A stretch of DNA of 64,000 nucleotides from an uncultured Methanosarcinaceae archaeon (GCA_963727895.1 CAVSHT010000003.1:160001-224000), one strand, 5' to 3'. Shown: positions 10,888 through 21,896, counted from the first letter of the stretch. Made by a program: numbers and translations. Notes: generated by a model not told the origin, from the sequence alone.

Positions 10888-12386
10888 ATGATAGAGTATC
10901 CAAGAGGTTCAGAATGGAGAATATGGGATTTACAAGTTCAAACAATTTTAGATGATGGTTACAAATCCTTGGGAGAATTTTATCTTGAGTTAAAAGGACA
11001 AGATGTGGAGAAATGAAATAAATATATTGATGAAATGGGAAGCGAAGAAAATGCCTTGAAGTTTGATAGTAAAGACTATTTTCATGATACCTCCATAAGT
11101 GAATTGGACAGATGCTCTAATTATGTTAAAAACTTTTTTTCATTTTTATCTATATTTAGAAATGATTTAGGTTTGATAGGAGTAACAGATCATAACTATT
11201 ACCATAGTACTCTCATAGACTACTTGTACCGGTATTCTAAAAGTTATAATATAAAAGTAATCTGTGGTGTGGAAATAAATGCGTCTGGTGTTCACATGTT
11301 AATTTATTTCAATACCATACCATATGAAAAAAGAAGCATATCAGAAGGCATTAACACCTTTTTATCTAAGATTGAAGTACATAACCCCAAGACTAATGGA
11401 GTATTAACCGTTTCCAGAAAATCTGCCTTAGATGTAATAGATGAAGTTAATGGTCAAAAAGGTCTATATATATTTCCACATTGCAATTCAGCTAACGGTT
11501 TGTTTCAGGAAAGAGGAAAAACTGATCGTACCCACTTATCAAATATTTATAATCATAAACCATACATTCTTTTACAAGCGAAGAACAAAAATTCTGCAGA
11601 TCAAACATTGGAGTATATATCTCAGAATCCAAGTTTATTCAAATCCACGCCGATATTTACAATTTCCAATGATAGTAGATGTTTGAAAGACATAGGTACT
11701 TGTGATTCAACCAAATATTTTACTTGGATTAAAGCTGACCCTACTTTTAACGGACTAAAGCAAATAGTATTTGAAAATGACGAGAGGGTGAAGATACATC
11801 CCCATTGTCCTCAACAAGATTATCCTAAACCTTATTTTTCTGAAGTAAAAATTAATAATACTGAAATATTTGGTGACGATACTGTAAAATTCTGTAGTAA
11901 AGAACTTATCTTGAATCCAAATCTTGTTGCAATAATTGGAGGAAGAGGTACTGGAAAAAGTTTACTACTTGACTCAATTGCCAAGACATTTAATAAATTC
12001 AAAAAGAATGATCATGCTGATAAAATTACTATAAAACCAGGTGATTTCAAAGTTGTCTTCACAAAAAATGACAATGAGCATATTGAATACAATATTCAAC
12101 ATGAAAATTACTTAGACTATCTGCATATCCGGCAAGGTGAAGTAAAAGATATTGCAGATCCTGATAATCCTGAAAAACTTGATGCTGAAATCAAAGATCT
12201 TTTAAAACTTCCATCACTTGATGAACTACAAATAAGTACTCCAGATTCAACAATTGAAAGACTTATTAATGAAATTTTCGAAATTAAAGATTGGTTCAAT
12301 CAAAGGGATGAGTATAACAACCTAGTTAATTCACCAGAATTTAATGAAAGTAAAAATAAAGAAAAAAGGGATCTAATTAAAATATT
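10888..12386 (+). pseudogene. PHP-domain + ABC/AAA ATPase (TrlF/Ppl-like), nonsense codon and IS-truncated
   Basis: RGSEWRIWDLQVQT, TDHN, GVE, NDS, WIKADPTFNGLKQI, Walker A GGRGTGKS; TGA at 11014; cut by IS1 at 12387. Confidence 0.85.
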
Positions 12387-13126
12387 GGCATTGATACTTA
12401 AACATAGTTATATACTATTAGAAAGTATATTTCTTCATGAACTGCCCCAGATGCAATAGTTCCAGTCACAAAAAGAATTGTATAGTTGGCGGGCGTCAAC
12501 GGTACAAATGCTCTGATTGTGGCTATAACTATACAGTAGAGCTAAAATCAACTGCTTTTTCCGCCTCTGTTAAAAGACAGGCTTTACAACTCTATCTTGA
12601 AGGATTGGGCTTTCGCTCAATAGGAAGAGTTTTAGGGGTAAGTCATGTTTCTGTCCAAAGATGGATCAAGAAATCTGGTCAGAAGTTAGAAGACCTAAAA
12701 AGTGAAAATGAGATATCTATTGTTGAAATGGATGAAATGCACACGTACATCGGTAACAAAAAAAATATTGCTGGATCTGGATTGCTGTTGATAGAGTTGG
12801 GAAAAAGTTCATCAACTGCTCTTTTGGCAGCAGAGGAACGGAAACTGGAAAACTACTCTGGGAAAAAGTGAAGAAAAAAGAGATTGGAGAAGTGATGACA
12901 GATCACTGGAGGGCATATGCAGAGTTTCGTCCAGAAACTATTCATACTCAATCAAAAGCAGAAACGTATACTGCTGAAGGATATAACAGCATATTGAGGC
13001 ACTTTTTGGCAAGGTTGAGAAGAAAGACAAAGTGTTATGCGAAGAGTCTTGAAATGCTAAAGTACTCGGTTCTTCTATTGATGAAATACAGAAATAAATA
13101 ACTAGATATATTTAGTTAACAATACC
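12387..13126 (+). mobile_element. IS1-family element, copy 2
   Basis: IRs; insA 12437-12871; insB portion to 13101 with an early TAA near its C-terminus; no TSD. Confidence 0.95.
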
Positions 13127-13528
13127 ATTTTTTCCCAAATTGCGCTGCAACATTTATAAATTACTAACTTTAATTTTTATGACAGAATTTGTATAAAAAT
13201 AAGGATTTATACAGAGCTAAAAGAGTAGATACATAACTAACGTCTTTATTTAATTTCTTCTTATAGATTCCTCAAACAACAAAACATATATCGAGAAACT
13301 TATTACTACTCATAGAAATAAACAAATGGATTTTCAATAAGTATTTTCCATGAGCATACAGGAACTAAGATGTACTACATCAAGATCATGCTTTTTAAGA
13401 GCATTTGCTAGACGGTAGATTCTTCTGCCTGAACAGCCCCCACAAGTGAAAAAAGCAATCATCTGAGTATCTTCATCATAGGTTAAATTGAGCCGATCTC
13501 ATAGTTACTCAAATAATTGCTTTATACT

Positions 13529-13867
13529 TTACAGCAGGCGTGTAGATTCTGTTTGTTTGGGTGCTTTTACTACCAGCACCCTGAAAACACCTTCTCCAGG
13601 ATTCAAAAGACGGTGAGGAATTTTTGCAGGACTTTCTATTAGTGTATCTTTACTGACTTCCTGCTGTTCGTCACCGATTTCAACAACACCATTTCCCTCA
13701 AGAATATAGAAAAAGACGTTTGTAGGAGTTATATGCTTTTTTAAGGATTCTCCTGGTTTTAACTCTATGTGCACTGCCTGAGCATGGTCAGTATCATAAA
13801 GCATTCTAACGCTCACGTTATGAGGATTTGGTTTTTCAGGTGAAGATCTCATCTCAATAACTTTCAT
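13529..13867 (-). CDS. Cupin-domain protein
   Basis: LKKHITP...FFYILEGNG...PAKIPHRL. Confidence 0.85.
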   Translation of the reverse strand: MKVIEMRSSPEKPNPHNVSVRMLYDTDHAQAVHIELKPGESLKKHITPTNVFFYILEGNGVVEIGDEQQEVSKDTLIESPAKIPHRLLNPGEGVFRVLVVKAPKQTESTRLL

Positions 13868-14178
13868 ATAACTCTCCCCTTTTGACCACAATATTTAATT
13901 TCAGCATATTCAGGCATAACGCATACCGAAATTTGGGTAGTATTTTTGGGTCTGTTCTAATTGTTTCAATTAACACTATGTATTCATATTCTTGTAAAAT
14001 CTACTCTACACGTTCCTGATTAATATAGGAATTTTCATTAATTTTAGAAAAATATGAATACGAACTCCTGAAATTCTTGAGATATTTGGAATCAAGAGAT
14101 TACAGGAGAAAACGTTTTACATCGAAAATATATCAGAAGACATTCAAAACTAATTAAACAATTTTAGAACTATAAATA

Positions 14179-14838
14179 TTACAGGCCTACTTGAGCTTTG
14201 AAATTCTCAAGGCCTATTTCATCAATAAACTTACCAAGTCTCTTTTTTGTACCAGAGTTTTTATAAAAATTAATTATCTTTTCTATATTTTCAAGGACTT
14301 CTTCTTCGGAAAGTTCCTTTGCAACAACCTCAGCAAGTCTTGGAGATGCAGCCGCAGCACCTCCTACCATCAGAGTATATCCTTTGGCAGTGCCCATTAC
14401 CCCTATATCTTTAATAGCAGGCTCAGAGCAGGAATTTGGACAGCCGGAAACCGCCATCTTGAACTTGGAAGGCATTGACATCCCGTGATATTTTGCATCC
14501 AGCTTAAGACCCAAACCTACTGCATCCTGTTTACCCTGCTTGCAGAAAGTTGTACCAGGACATATCTTTATACTTCTTACGCAAAGCCCTACAGCTGCCC
14601 CAGGTTTCATATCAAGGTCAGCCCACGCATTATCAAGATCTTCTTCTTTTAAGCCTACAATTGCGATCCTCTGAGCAGATGTCAATTTAAGAGCGGCAGC
14701 CCCATATTTTTCTGCAACGTCAGCAATTTTCCTGAGGGTTTTAGGATCTACAATTCCCCCCGGAGTATGAGGAGCTATTGCATATGTTTCACGGTCTCTC
14801 TGAACGATTGCGCCTTTTTCCAGTAAATTATCTTTCAT
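14179..14838 (-). CDS. Small nitrite/sulfite reductase-domain (siroheme-4Fe4S type) protein
   Basis: LTSAQRI, CPGTTFC, KFKMAVSGCPNSC motifs. Confidence 0.85.
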   Translation of the reverse strand: MKDNLLEKGAIVQRDRETYAIAPHTPGGIVDPKTLRKIADVAEKYGAAALKLTSAQRIAIVGLKEEDLDNAWADLDMKPGAAVGLCVRSIKICPGTTFCKQGKQDAVGLGLKLDAKYHGMSMPSKFKMAVSGCPNSCSEPAIKDIGVMGTAKGYTLMVGGAAAASPRLAEVVAKELSEEEVLENIEKIINFYKNSGTKKRLGKFIDEIGLENFKAQVGL

Positions 14839-15014
14839 AGTTTATCATCTCTCCAAGTTCTCAAGATCTGTTTCTGAATCTGTTGAATACAGAAAACTTA
14901 TCCCAGTATATTAATATGGATGTTATTATAAATCGTTAGTTATAGTAGTATCCTTTTGATACCAGTATATAAGAAATACTAAGTTATATATCAGACAGTT
15001 TCCATGTTTATACC

Positions 15015-15371
15015 ATGAAGGACTGCACAGTATACAAGACTATGAACATTATCGGGAAAAGATGGACGATCCACATACTTCTGGAATTACACAAAGGAGA
15101 GAAGAAGGAAAAACGTTTTAATGAACTCAAAAGAAAACTTGGCTACATAACTCCAAAAATATTATCAGAAAGGCTGACAGAACTTGAAACTGAGGGTCTG
15201 ATTACAAAAAAAGTTGATAATTCGATAAATCCCCCAAAGTCCGAGTATTACCTGACCGAAAGTGGAGTGGATTTTGTGAAAATAATACAGGCTATTAAAA
15301 GATGGGGATTAAAATGGAAATTCCAGAATGAAGAATGTGAAAAGGCAATTTGTATGTATTGCGATCGCTAA
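15015..15371 (+). CDS. HxlR-family transcriptional regulator
   Basis: IGKRWTIHIL...RFNELKR...ITPKILSERLTELE; Cys at N- and C-termini. Confidence 0.9.
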   Translation: MKDCTVYKTMNIIGKRWTIHILLELHKGEKKEKRFNELKRKLGYITPKILSERLTELETEGLITKKVDNSINPPKSEYYLTESGVDFVKIIQAIKRWGLKWKFQNEECEKAICMYCDR

Positions 15372-15516
15372 CTGGAATTAAACAAAAAGAAAACAAACAA
15401 GAGAAAACATATCTGGAAGTAACTAGTTATAAAAAAGAAAAGAGAAACATAGTTTCTCTTCACCAAACATATAGAAAAACTTTAACAAATATAGGATTGT
15501 GCCTTTATTTCCATAC

Positions 15517-17325
15517 TTACATTTCAAATCTTGTCATAACTCCATGCAGTTCATCAGTAGGAAGTCTATAGAACTGAACAAACGAGGGAGAGACCTTTTT
15601 AATTATGGAAAAAATTTTCCATATTAAATTATTAGTGAATATGTCTTCTACTCCATAAAAAATTGTTTTTTCATGGATACCCTGATCTTTTAGAATCTGC
15701 TCTACATTAAGAATTTCCATATATCCGGTCTTGATCTCAAGCACCCTCAATCCTTTTGCCAGCTCTTTTGTAAACGAGCTTTCCACTCCAAAAGGACTAT
15801 CAGATTTGATAATGGAAATAAAAATATTATTTTCATAAATAATATTATTTTTAAACATTACGTGAGAAATATATTGAGGAACGTTATATGTATCTCTTGC
15901 AAAGAAGAGAGCAGTCCCTATAATTTTATTTTGGGTAGCATATAGTCGGTTATATTTTTCAAGGAAGGTATCCGCCCTCATCAATTTCATCTGCTCATAT
16001 AGTCTCTTTTGTCCGGAAGTATATATAATTATTAAAGAGAGAATGACAAGTGCTATAATAACAGACCAGTATCCTCCGTGAGGGATTTTGTAGCTATTTG
16101 AGAGAAGGAATACTATATCGATAAACGTTATAAGTAACGAAATAAAAGCTTTAGTTAGATCTTTTCTGTGATAGAATATTGAAGTCATCAATATGCCCGT
16201 GATAGACATAGTTCCTGTAACTGCCAATCCATATGCAGCTGCAAGTTTATTAGACTCTTTAAATATAACCATCATAAATAATACAGCAATAAGGAGCAAC
16301 CAATTCACAGCACTTATGTATATTTGTGATTTTAATTCCCCGGATGTATAATCAATCTTTAGCATCGGCATTGCTCGGGTGGTTATACCCTGATATACTA
16401 TAGAGAACATGCTACTTATCATAGCTTGAGAAGCGATAACTGTAGCTACAACGCTAAGCAGAAGGAATGGGATATAAAGTATGCTTGCTTGCTGGTTTAT
16501 CATCTGAAACAAGAAATTTGTCGAACCTGGATTTCGGAGAAGGAATGCTCCCTGGCCGAGATAATTCAAAATCAATGCTACAAATACGAATTTCCAGGCT
16601 TTTAAAATAGGTTCTCTTCCCAGGTGTCCCATGTCAGCATATAATGCTTCACCCCCTGTAGCGCAAAGGATGACTTCTGATAGTACAAAAAATCCTACAA
16701 TTCCGTTATTCAAAAGGAATCTTATGGCATAATAAGGATTGATAGCTTTAAGCACTTCTGGAGTGGAAAAAATAGAAGCAATACCTGAAAAACCTAAAGC
16801 TGCAAACCATATGACCATTATGGGCCCAAAAACCCATGTAATTTTTTCTATTCCTTTGCTCTGAACTGAAAAAAGTGCTACTGCAATAATACCAGAAATA
16901 AGTATGATGGCGCTTTGGCTTATGTTTTCAAACTGAGGAATTATTCGAAGACCTTCAACTGCACTCAGAATACTTATTGCAGGAGTAATTACTCCATCCC
17001 CCATTAGGAAAGATGTCCCTATATAAGCTAAAAGTGTAACTAGAGCTACATTTCTACTCGATTTAAGAAGGGGAACAAGTATTTCTTTTAAGACTATTGT
17101 ACCTCCTTCACCTTTTTTACCCAAACTCATTGCAAGCCAGGCGTATTCAAGAGTTACAAGTACAATAAGTGTCCAGATAATTAAAGATAAAACGCCTATT
17201 ATATGGTTATATGTAGGCCTTGTGAGAAGAAAAATAACTGTCAGGGTATATATTGGACTTGTACCTATATCTCCAAAAACAAGTCCCATAGAGTTCAGTA
17301 TTCCTCTAAAATTGTTGTTAGGCAT
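15517..17325 (-). CDS. kup: KUP/HAK/KT potassium transporter
   Basis: GLVFGDIGTSPIY, GDGVITPAISILSAVEG, EALYADMGH. Confidence 0.95.
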   Translation of the reverse strand: MPNNNFRGILNSMGLVFGDIGTSPIYTLTVIFLLTRPTYNHIIGVLSLIIWTLIVLVTLEYAWLAMSLGKKGEGGTIVLKEILVPLLKSSRNVALVTLLAYIGTSFLMGDGVITPAISILSAVEGLRIIPQFENISQSAIILISGIIAVALFSVQSKGIEKITWVFGPIMVIWFAALGFSGIASIFSTPEVLKAINPYYAIRFLLNNGIVGFFVLSEVILCATGGEALYADMGHLGREPILKAWKFVFVALILNYLGQGAFLLRNPGSTNFLFQMINQQASILYIPFLLLSVVATVIASQAMISSMFSIVYQGITTRAMPMLKIDYTSGELKSQIYISAVNWLLLIAVLFMMVIFKESNKLAAAYGLAVTGTMSITGILMTSIFYHRKDLTKAFISLLITFIDIVFLLSNSYKIPHGGYWSVIIALVILSLIIIYTSGQKRLYEQMKLMRADTFLEKYNRLYATQNKIIGTALFFARDTYNVPQYISHVMFKNNIIYENNIFISIIKSDSPFGVESSFTKELAKGLRVLEIKTGYMEILNVEQILKDQGIHEKTIFYGVEDIFTNNLIWKIFSIIKKVSPSFVQFYRLPTDELHGVMTRFEM

Positions 17326-17528
17326 GGTATAATACTCTCTGTGTTTTATAATATAGGTTAGTTGAATGTTTTCTTAAAGCTCTGATTATTTAACAAATAT
17401 AAGTTATAAATATAGATAAATTATAATTTATTGAGTTTGGAATGAATAAAAACTAAGAAAACTTATATAAGTTTTGACCAAATGAAGGAATTAGCAGTTA
17501 TTATTTAATTAGTTATGTTAATAATTAT

Positions 17529-17649
17529 GGCTCTGTAGAAAACCGATCCAAATCAGCTTCATGAAGCTGAAATTATGTAAGAAAATATGGAATGAGTCAT
17601 TCATTTTAGATTAACGGACATTTGCAATTTCAGAGGATATTACAAAGCC
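17529..17649. mobile_element. Possible MITE (121 bp)
   Basis: Terminal inverted repeats GGCTCTGTA / TACAAAGCC, no ORF; TSD not clear. Confidence 0.45.
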
Positions 17650-18087
17650 CATTAATAAACTTATTTTAAGCGATTTTAATTCATCAATCATAACCCTTTT
17701 TTCAAGGATCATTTTTAGGAATGCAGAAGCCTATTTCCCAGTAATTAATATTTATACTTTTTGAGTAGAAGGGCTTTGCACGTAAAGTCCTAAAAATACC
17801 CTACTTAAAATGCAGATGATTGACTTTAAATACAAGATGTGAAATTTGAGAAACTTAGGGATGTTTGACAGTTTGAAATTTAATTAATTTCTCAGTTTAA
17901 ATATTAATTATGTCACTACTTGTTCAAGGCTTTAAATGGTTTTTATAGTATTTTTTTTTAAAATATTAAGTATGTCTCGATATTCAATATAAAAAATAAA
18001 ATATAATATTATGATTATGATTATTTTTCGACATGTTTATATTATCTCTCGGTATTCACTTATTATATATTTAAGTAGGCGATAATT

Positions 18088-18435
18088 ATGCAAGAAATTG
18101 AAAATAAACCGGCCCCTATAACAATAAATATTAAAACAATAAACTCCGATAGACATGTTTCCTTTGTAGCAAACCGAATATGGGGAGGATTGCAACCGAA
18201 TGGTTTATTTGAACTTAATTTTTTATTAGAGCATTCAATATTACCTGAAACTCTTACAATGCAGATAGAAAATGGAACAGAAAATGAAACATCGCGTAGC
18301 AATAAAAACGAATTCATCAGAGAAAACCAAGCAACTGCTTATCTGAGTATGGAAACATTGCTTGGATTGCAGAGTTGGTTGAATTTTAAAATTCAGGAAT
18401 TACAAGGGCTCAAACTCTTTGAAGAACAAAAATAA
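18088..18435 (+). CDS. Hypothetical protein, DUF3467-like
   Basis: Pattern ANRIWGGLQPNG..LNF..E...IRE...A.LS.E....L.SWL; family call by eye. Confidence 0.6.
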   Translation: MQEIENKPAPITINIKTINSDRHVSFVANRIWGGLQPNGLFELNFLLEHSILPETLTMQIENGTENETSRSNKNEFIRENQATAYLSMETLLGLQSWLNFKIQELQGLKLFEEQK

Positions 18436-18439
18436 TTGA

Positions 18440-18850
18440 GTGGGTGAAATAATGACTGATAGCATCACCCCTGCTAAGTATATATTTACCACCGATGACT
18501 GTATGGGTAATAAAGTAGGTCTTAAAAAAGACACTTATGATTATAAAATAATAAGAGATCACACCGAAATAACTCCAAATATTATAAGAGAAGGGGTTGA
18601 AACCCCACATTTAGTATTTATAGATGAAATACCTACTAGATATGATTATTACAAGCTTATACTAAATCCTGTAGTAGGAAAAACAGATTTAATACACCTT
18701 ATGGTTGTGGTAGAGGGGACTGAAGATGAGTGTGCTGAAGTCATTACCGCTCATATAAGGCGTAAAACTAAAGGAGAAATCCTCGGCGGGGGCCTAATAT
18801 ACGATGCAAGTTCATCATCAAATAGAAGTGGAATACAATTCCAGATTTGA
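18440..18850 (+). CDS. Putative BECR/RelE-fold ribonuclease toxin (PBECR/DUF4258-like)
   Basis: D..G.KV.L...IRDHTEI...IREGVETP...YYK...MVVVE....VITAH; overlaps a DUF2283-like gene. Confidence 0.55.
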   Translation: MGEIMTDSITPAKYIFTTDDCMGNKVGLKKDTYDYKIIRDHTEITPNIIREGVETPHLVFIDEIPTRYDYYKLILNPVVGKTDLIHLMVVVEGTEDECAEVITAHIRRKTKGEILGGGLIYDASSSSNRSGIQFQI

Positions 18851-19082
18851 TATTCTCTATATTTTAGTAGACGAACCTACCGCCGCATATTCAGATTTAA
18901 TAGTTAAGGATGTTTCTATACGTAGAGATATGTTTACTGAAAGGATTGCTGGGGTTGTAATAGAAGAATATTCTAAAAAGAATATAGATTGTCTTAAGGA
19001 AATTTTACCAATGGATTTGGGTAGATACTTACCAGATGTACAAAAAGAAAAAAAAGAAATTCCAAGAAATATAGTTAATTAG
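18804..19082 (+). CDS. DUF2283-domain putative antitoxin
   Basis: VEYNSRFDILYI...VSIRRD..TERIAGVVIEEYSK. Confidence 0.75.
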   Translation: MQVHHQIEVEYNSRFDILYILVDEPTAAYSDLIVKDVSIRRDMFTERIAGVVIEEYSKKNIDCLKEILPMDLGRYLPDVQKEKKEIPRNIVN

Positions 19083-19463
19083 TTTTCACCTTCACACTTT
19101 TATTTTAGTTAATATAATCAATTTATTATCTTATTTTTGAACTCTATCCCAATGACCTTTTTTACTTAAACTTTTACCTGCAAGAATTCCTGATTAATCT
19201 CAAGCTCAAACAGTTCCTGAATAACTACACAGAGGCTATTTATTACACAATATCATAATAATAACTCAATATATATAATATATATGTGTTTATTAACCGA
19301 TGCTAATTAATACTTTCAACAGATTATACTTATATTTAAATATAGCATATGCTTACGTAAAAAGTTGTTTGCACGTAAAATCAAAAAAGTGAATTTTAGA
19401 TGCAAAAACTATTGTTTAACAATATAACTCACAAAGTCCTAAACAAAACGAAATTTCCATGAT

Positions 19464-19967
19464 ATGTTTAAGATCGGTGGGATGATCATGAAAGGTTCGC
19501 AGATAAGATTGAAGTTGTATTTGGATCACTTAGGGATTCCCTTCGAAACATCGGGAATAGATAATAGAGTAAAGATACAGAAAGCCGTTTATATCGGAAA
19601 AGCTGCTGGCTTTGATCTAGGTTATCCCTATGGTTGGTATTTAAAAGGTCCTTACAGTCCTGAATTAACTAGAGATTATTATAATCTTAGTCGCGCCATA
19701 GCTCTTGGCGACAAGGAATATGAAAAATACGATTTACAAGATGATCTATCTCAAAAATTGATTAGAATTAAAGGATTAATGATGCCTCATGAAACCTCAA
19801 TATCTCAAGCAGATTGGTTAGAACTAGCAGCTTCTATTCTTTATTGTAAAAATGAATATAATTTTGATGATATAAAAACAAAAGAATATTTGACCAACGA
19901 AAAAAAACATCTAATGGATTATTATGATAATGCTGTGTCAACGTTAAAGTTATATAAACTGGCATAA
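19464..19967 (+). CDS. YwgA-like/Panacea-related helical protein
   Basis: RVKIQKAVYI..YPYGWYLKGPYSPEL..WLELAASILY. Confidence 0.7.
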   Translation: MFKIGGMIMKGSQIRLKLYLDHLGIPFETSGIDNRVKIQKAVYIGKAAGFDLGYPYGWYLKGPYSPELTRDYYNLSRAIALGDKEYEKYDLQDDLSQKLIRIKGLMMPHETSISQADWLELAASILYCKNEYNFDDIKTKEYLTNEKKHLMDYYDNAVSTLKLYKLA

Positions 19968-19986
19968 TAACTTTTTACTAGATATT

Positions 19987-21156
19987 ATGTCTAGTATCAA
20001 TTTCGAGGTAAAGAAAATTAGAGATCCTATTCATAAAACAATAGGACTCAGTGAATTAGAAATTGAAATTATTAATACCAGGGCTTTTCAAAGACTACGA
20101 AATATCAAACAACTTGGGTTAGTAAATTATGTATTTCCTGGGGCTGATTATACTAGATTTTCTCATTCTATAGGCGTTTGCCACCTTTCAGGGCAACTTT
20201 ATGATGCAATTCATAAAAAAAATGGAAAGACGCGAACAAATTATGAAGAAAAACAGAAATACCGACTTGCTGGGCTCTTACATGATATTGGGCACTATCC
20301 TTTTTCTCACGCAATGGACGAAGCTCTTGAATCAATATATAAAGATAGAAGTGAAGAGCTGGCTGGGCTAAAAATAAAAAAGGATTCTAAGAGACGCGAT
20401 GCTCATTCTGACCCCCATATATATACAACTCAAGTGAAATACTTGGATCACGAATCCGTAGGCAGAGAGATTTTATTAAATGATATTGAGATCTCAGAAA
20501 TTCTCAGTAGTTGGAAATTCAAATCTAAAGATATATACGATATATTCACACGTAATTTTGAATCTCTTCCCCCTGATGCAAATATGATTAGTTCGGATCT
20601 TGATGCAGACCGTTTAGACTATTTGTTGAGATCGGCTTATCATTTAGGATTGCCATATGGTTCTGCTGATGTTGAATATATATTGAGTCAATTAGAAATA
20701 GATAACGATAAGAAGATATGTTTAAACTCAAAAGCGATTAGAACTATTGACCATTTTTTATTATGTAGGTATTTTGATTACTCACAAGTAATCTATCATA
20801 AAACGGTCGCAGGGTTTGAAGAAGTACTAAAAAGAATAATTTTATTCTTTGTTGAAGAAACAAAAATTAAGTGTTCAATGGAAGACGTTATACAAAAAAT
20901 TAAGAATGGTGAGTGGTATGATTTTGATGATCACTACATTTTTTATTTAATAAAAGAGTATTATAATAAAGATGAAACTCCACCTCAAATAAAGTTAATG
21001 ATGAAATCAATTCTACTACGAAAACCACCAAAAGAAATTATAAAACTAGAATATATTCGAGATAGTAAAGAAAAGAAAAAGTTTCATGAAAAAATAAACA
21101 ACATGACAACTATTATCGATGATCTTAGTTGTCAATTCGACATTAATAAAAATAAT
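19987..21156 (+). CDS. HD-domain dNTP triphosphohydrolase (SAMHD1/YwfO-like), C-terminus cut by IS1
   Basis: RDPIH, FQRLRNIKQLG, RFSHSIG, LLHDIGHYPFSH, DADRLDYLLR, VIYHKT; ORF runs into the IS IR at 21157. Confidence 0.88.
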
Positions 21157-21896
21157 GGCTTTGATACTTAAACATAGTTATATACTATTAGAAAGTATAT
21201 TTCTTCATGAACTGCCCCAGATGCAATAGTTCCAGTCACAAAAAGAACGGTATAGTTGGCGGGCGTCAACGGTACAAATGCTCTGATTGTGGCTATAACT
21301 ATACAGTAGAGCTAAAATCAACTGCTTTTTCCGCTTTTGTAAAAAGACAGGCTTTACAACTCTATCTTGAAGGATTGGGCTTTCGTTCAATAGGACGATT
21401 TTTAGGGGTGAGTCATGTTTCTGTCCAAAGATGGATAAAGAAATTTGGTCAGGAGTTAGAGGACCTAAAAAGTGAAAATGAGATATCTATTGTTGAAATG
21501 GATGAAATGCACACTTACATCGGTAACAAAAAAAATATTGCTGGATCTGGATTGCTGTTGATAGAGTTGGGAAAAAGTTCATCAACTGCTCTTTTGGTAG
21601 CAGAGGAACAGAAACTGGAAAACTACTCTGGGAAAAAGTGAAGAAAAAAGAGATTGGAGAAGTAATGACAGATCACTGGAGAGCATATGCAGAGTTTCTT
21701 CCAGAAAAGAGTCATACTCAATCAAAAGCAGAAACATTTACAGTTGAGGGATATAACAGCATATTGAGGCATTTTCTAGCAAGATTGAGAAGAAAGACAA
21801 AGTGTTATACAAAAAGTCTTGAAATGCTAAAGTACTCGGTTATTCTATTGATGAAATACAGAAATAAAGAGTTAACTATGTTTAATTAACAATGCC
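21157..21896 (+). mobile_element. IS1-family element, copy 3 (apparently intact)
   Basis: IRs GGCTTTGAT/AACAATGCC; insA 21207-21641 and insB to 21889 joined by the A8 -1 frameshift motif; no TSD. Confidence 0.95.

Noticed and set aside
7484..11016. Pyrrolysine or selenocysteine read-through of internal stops in hsdR, the wHTH remnant and the PHP-ATPase
   Set aside because: The stops are a mix of TAA, TAG and TGA in genes that are also truncated, so ordinary decay is the simpler explanation
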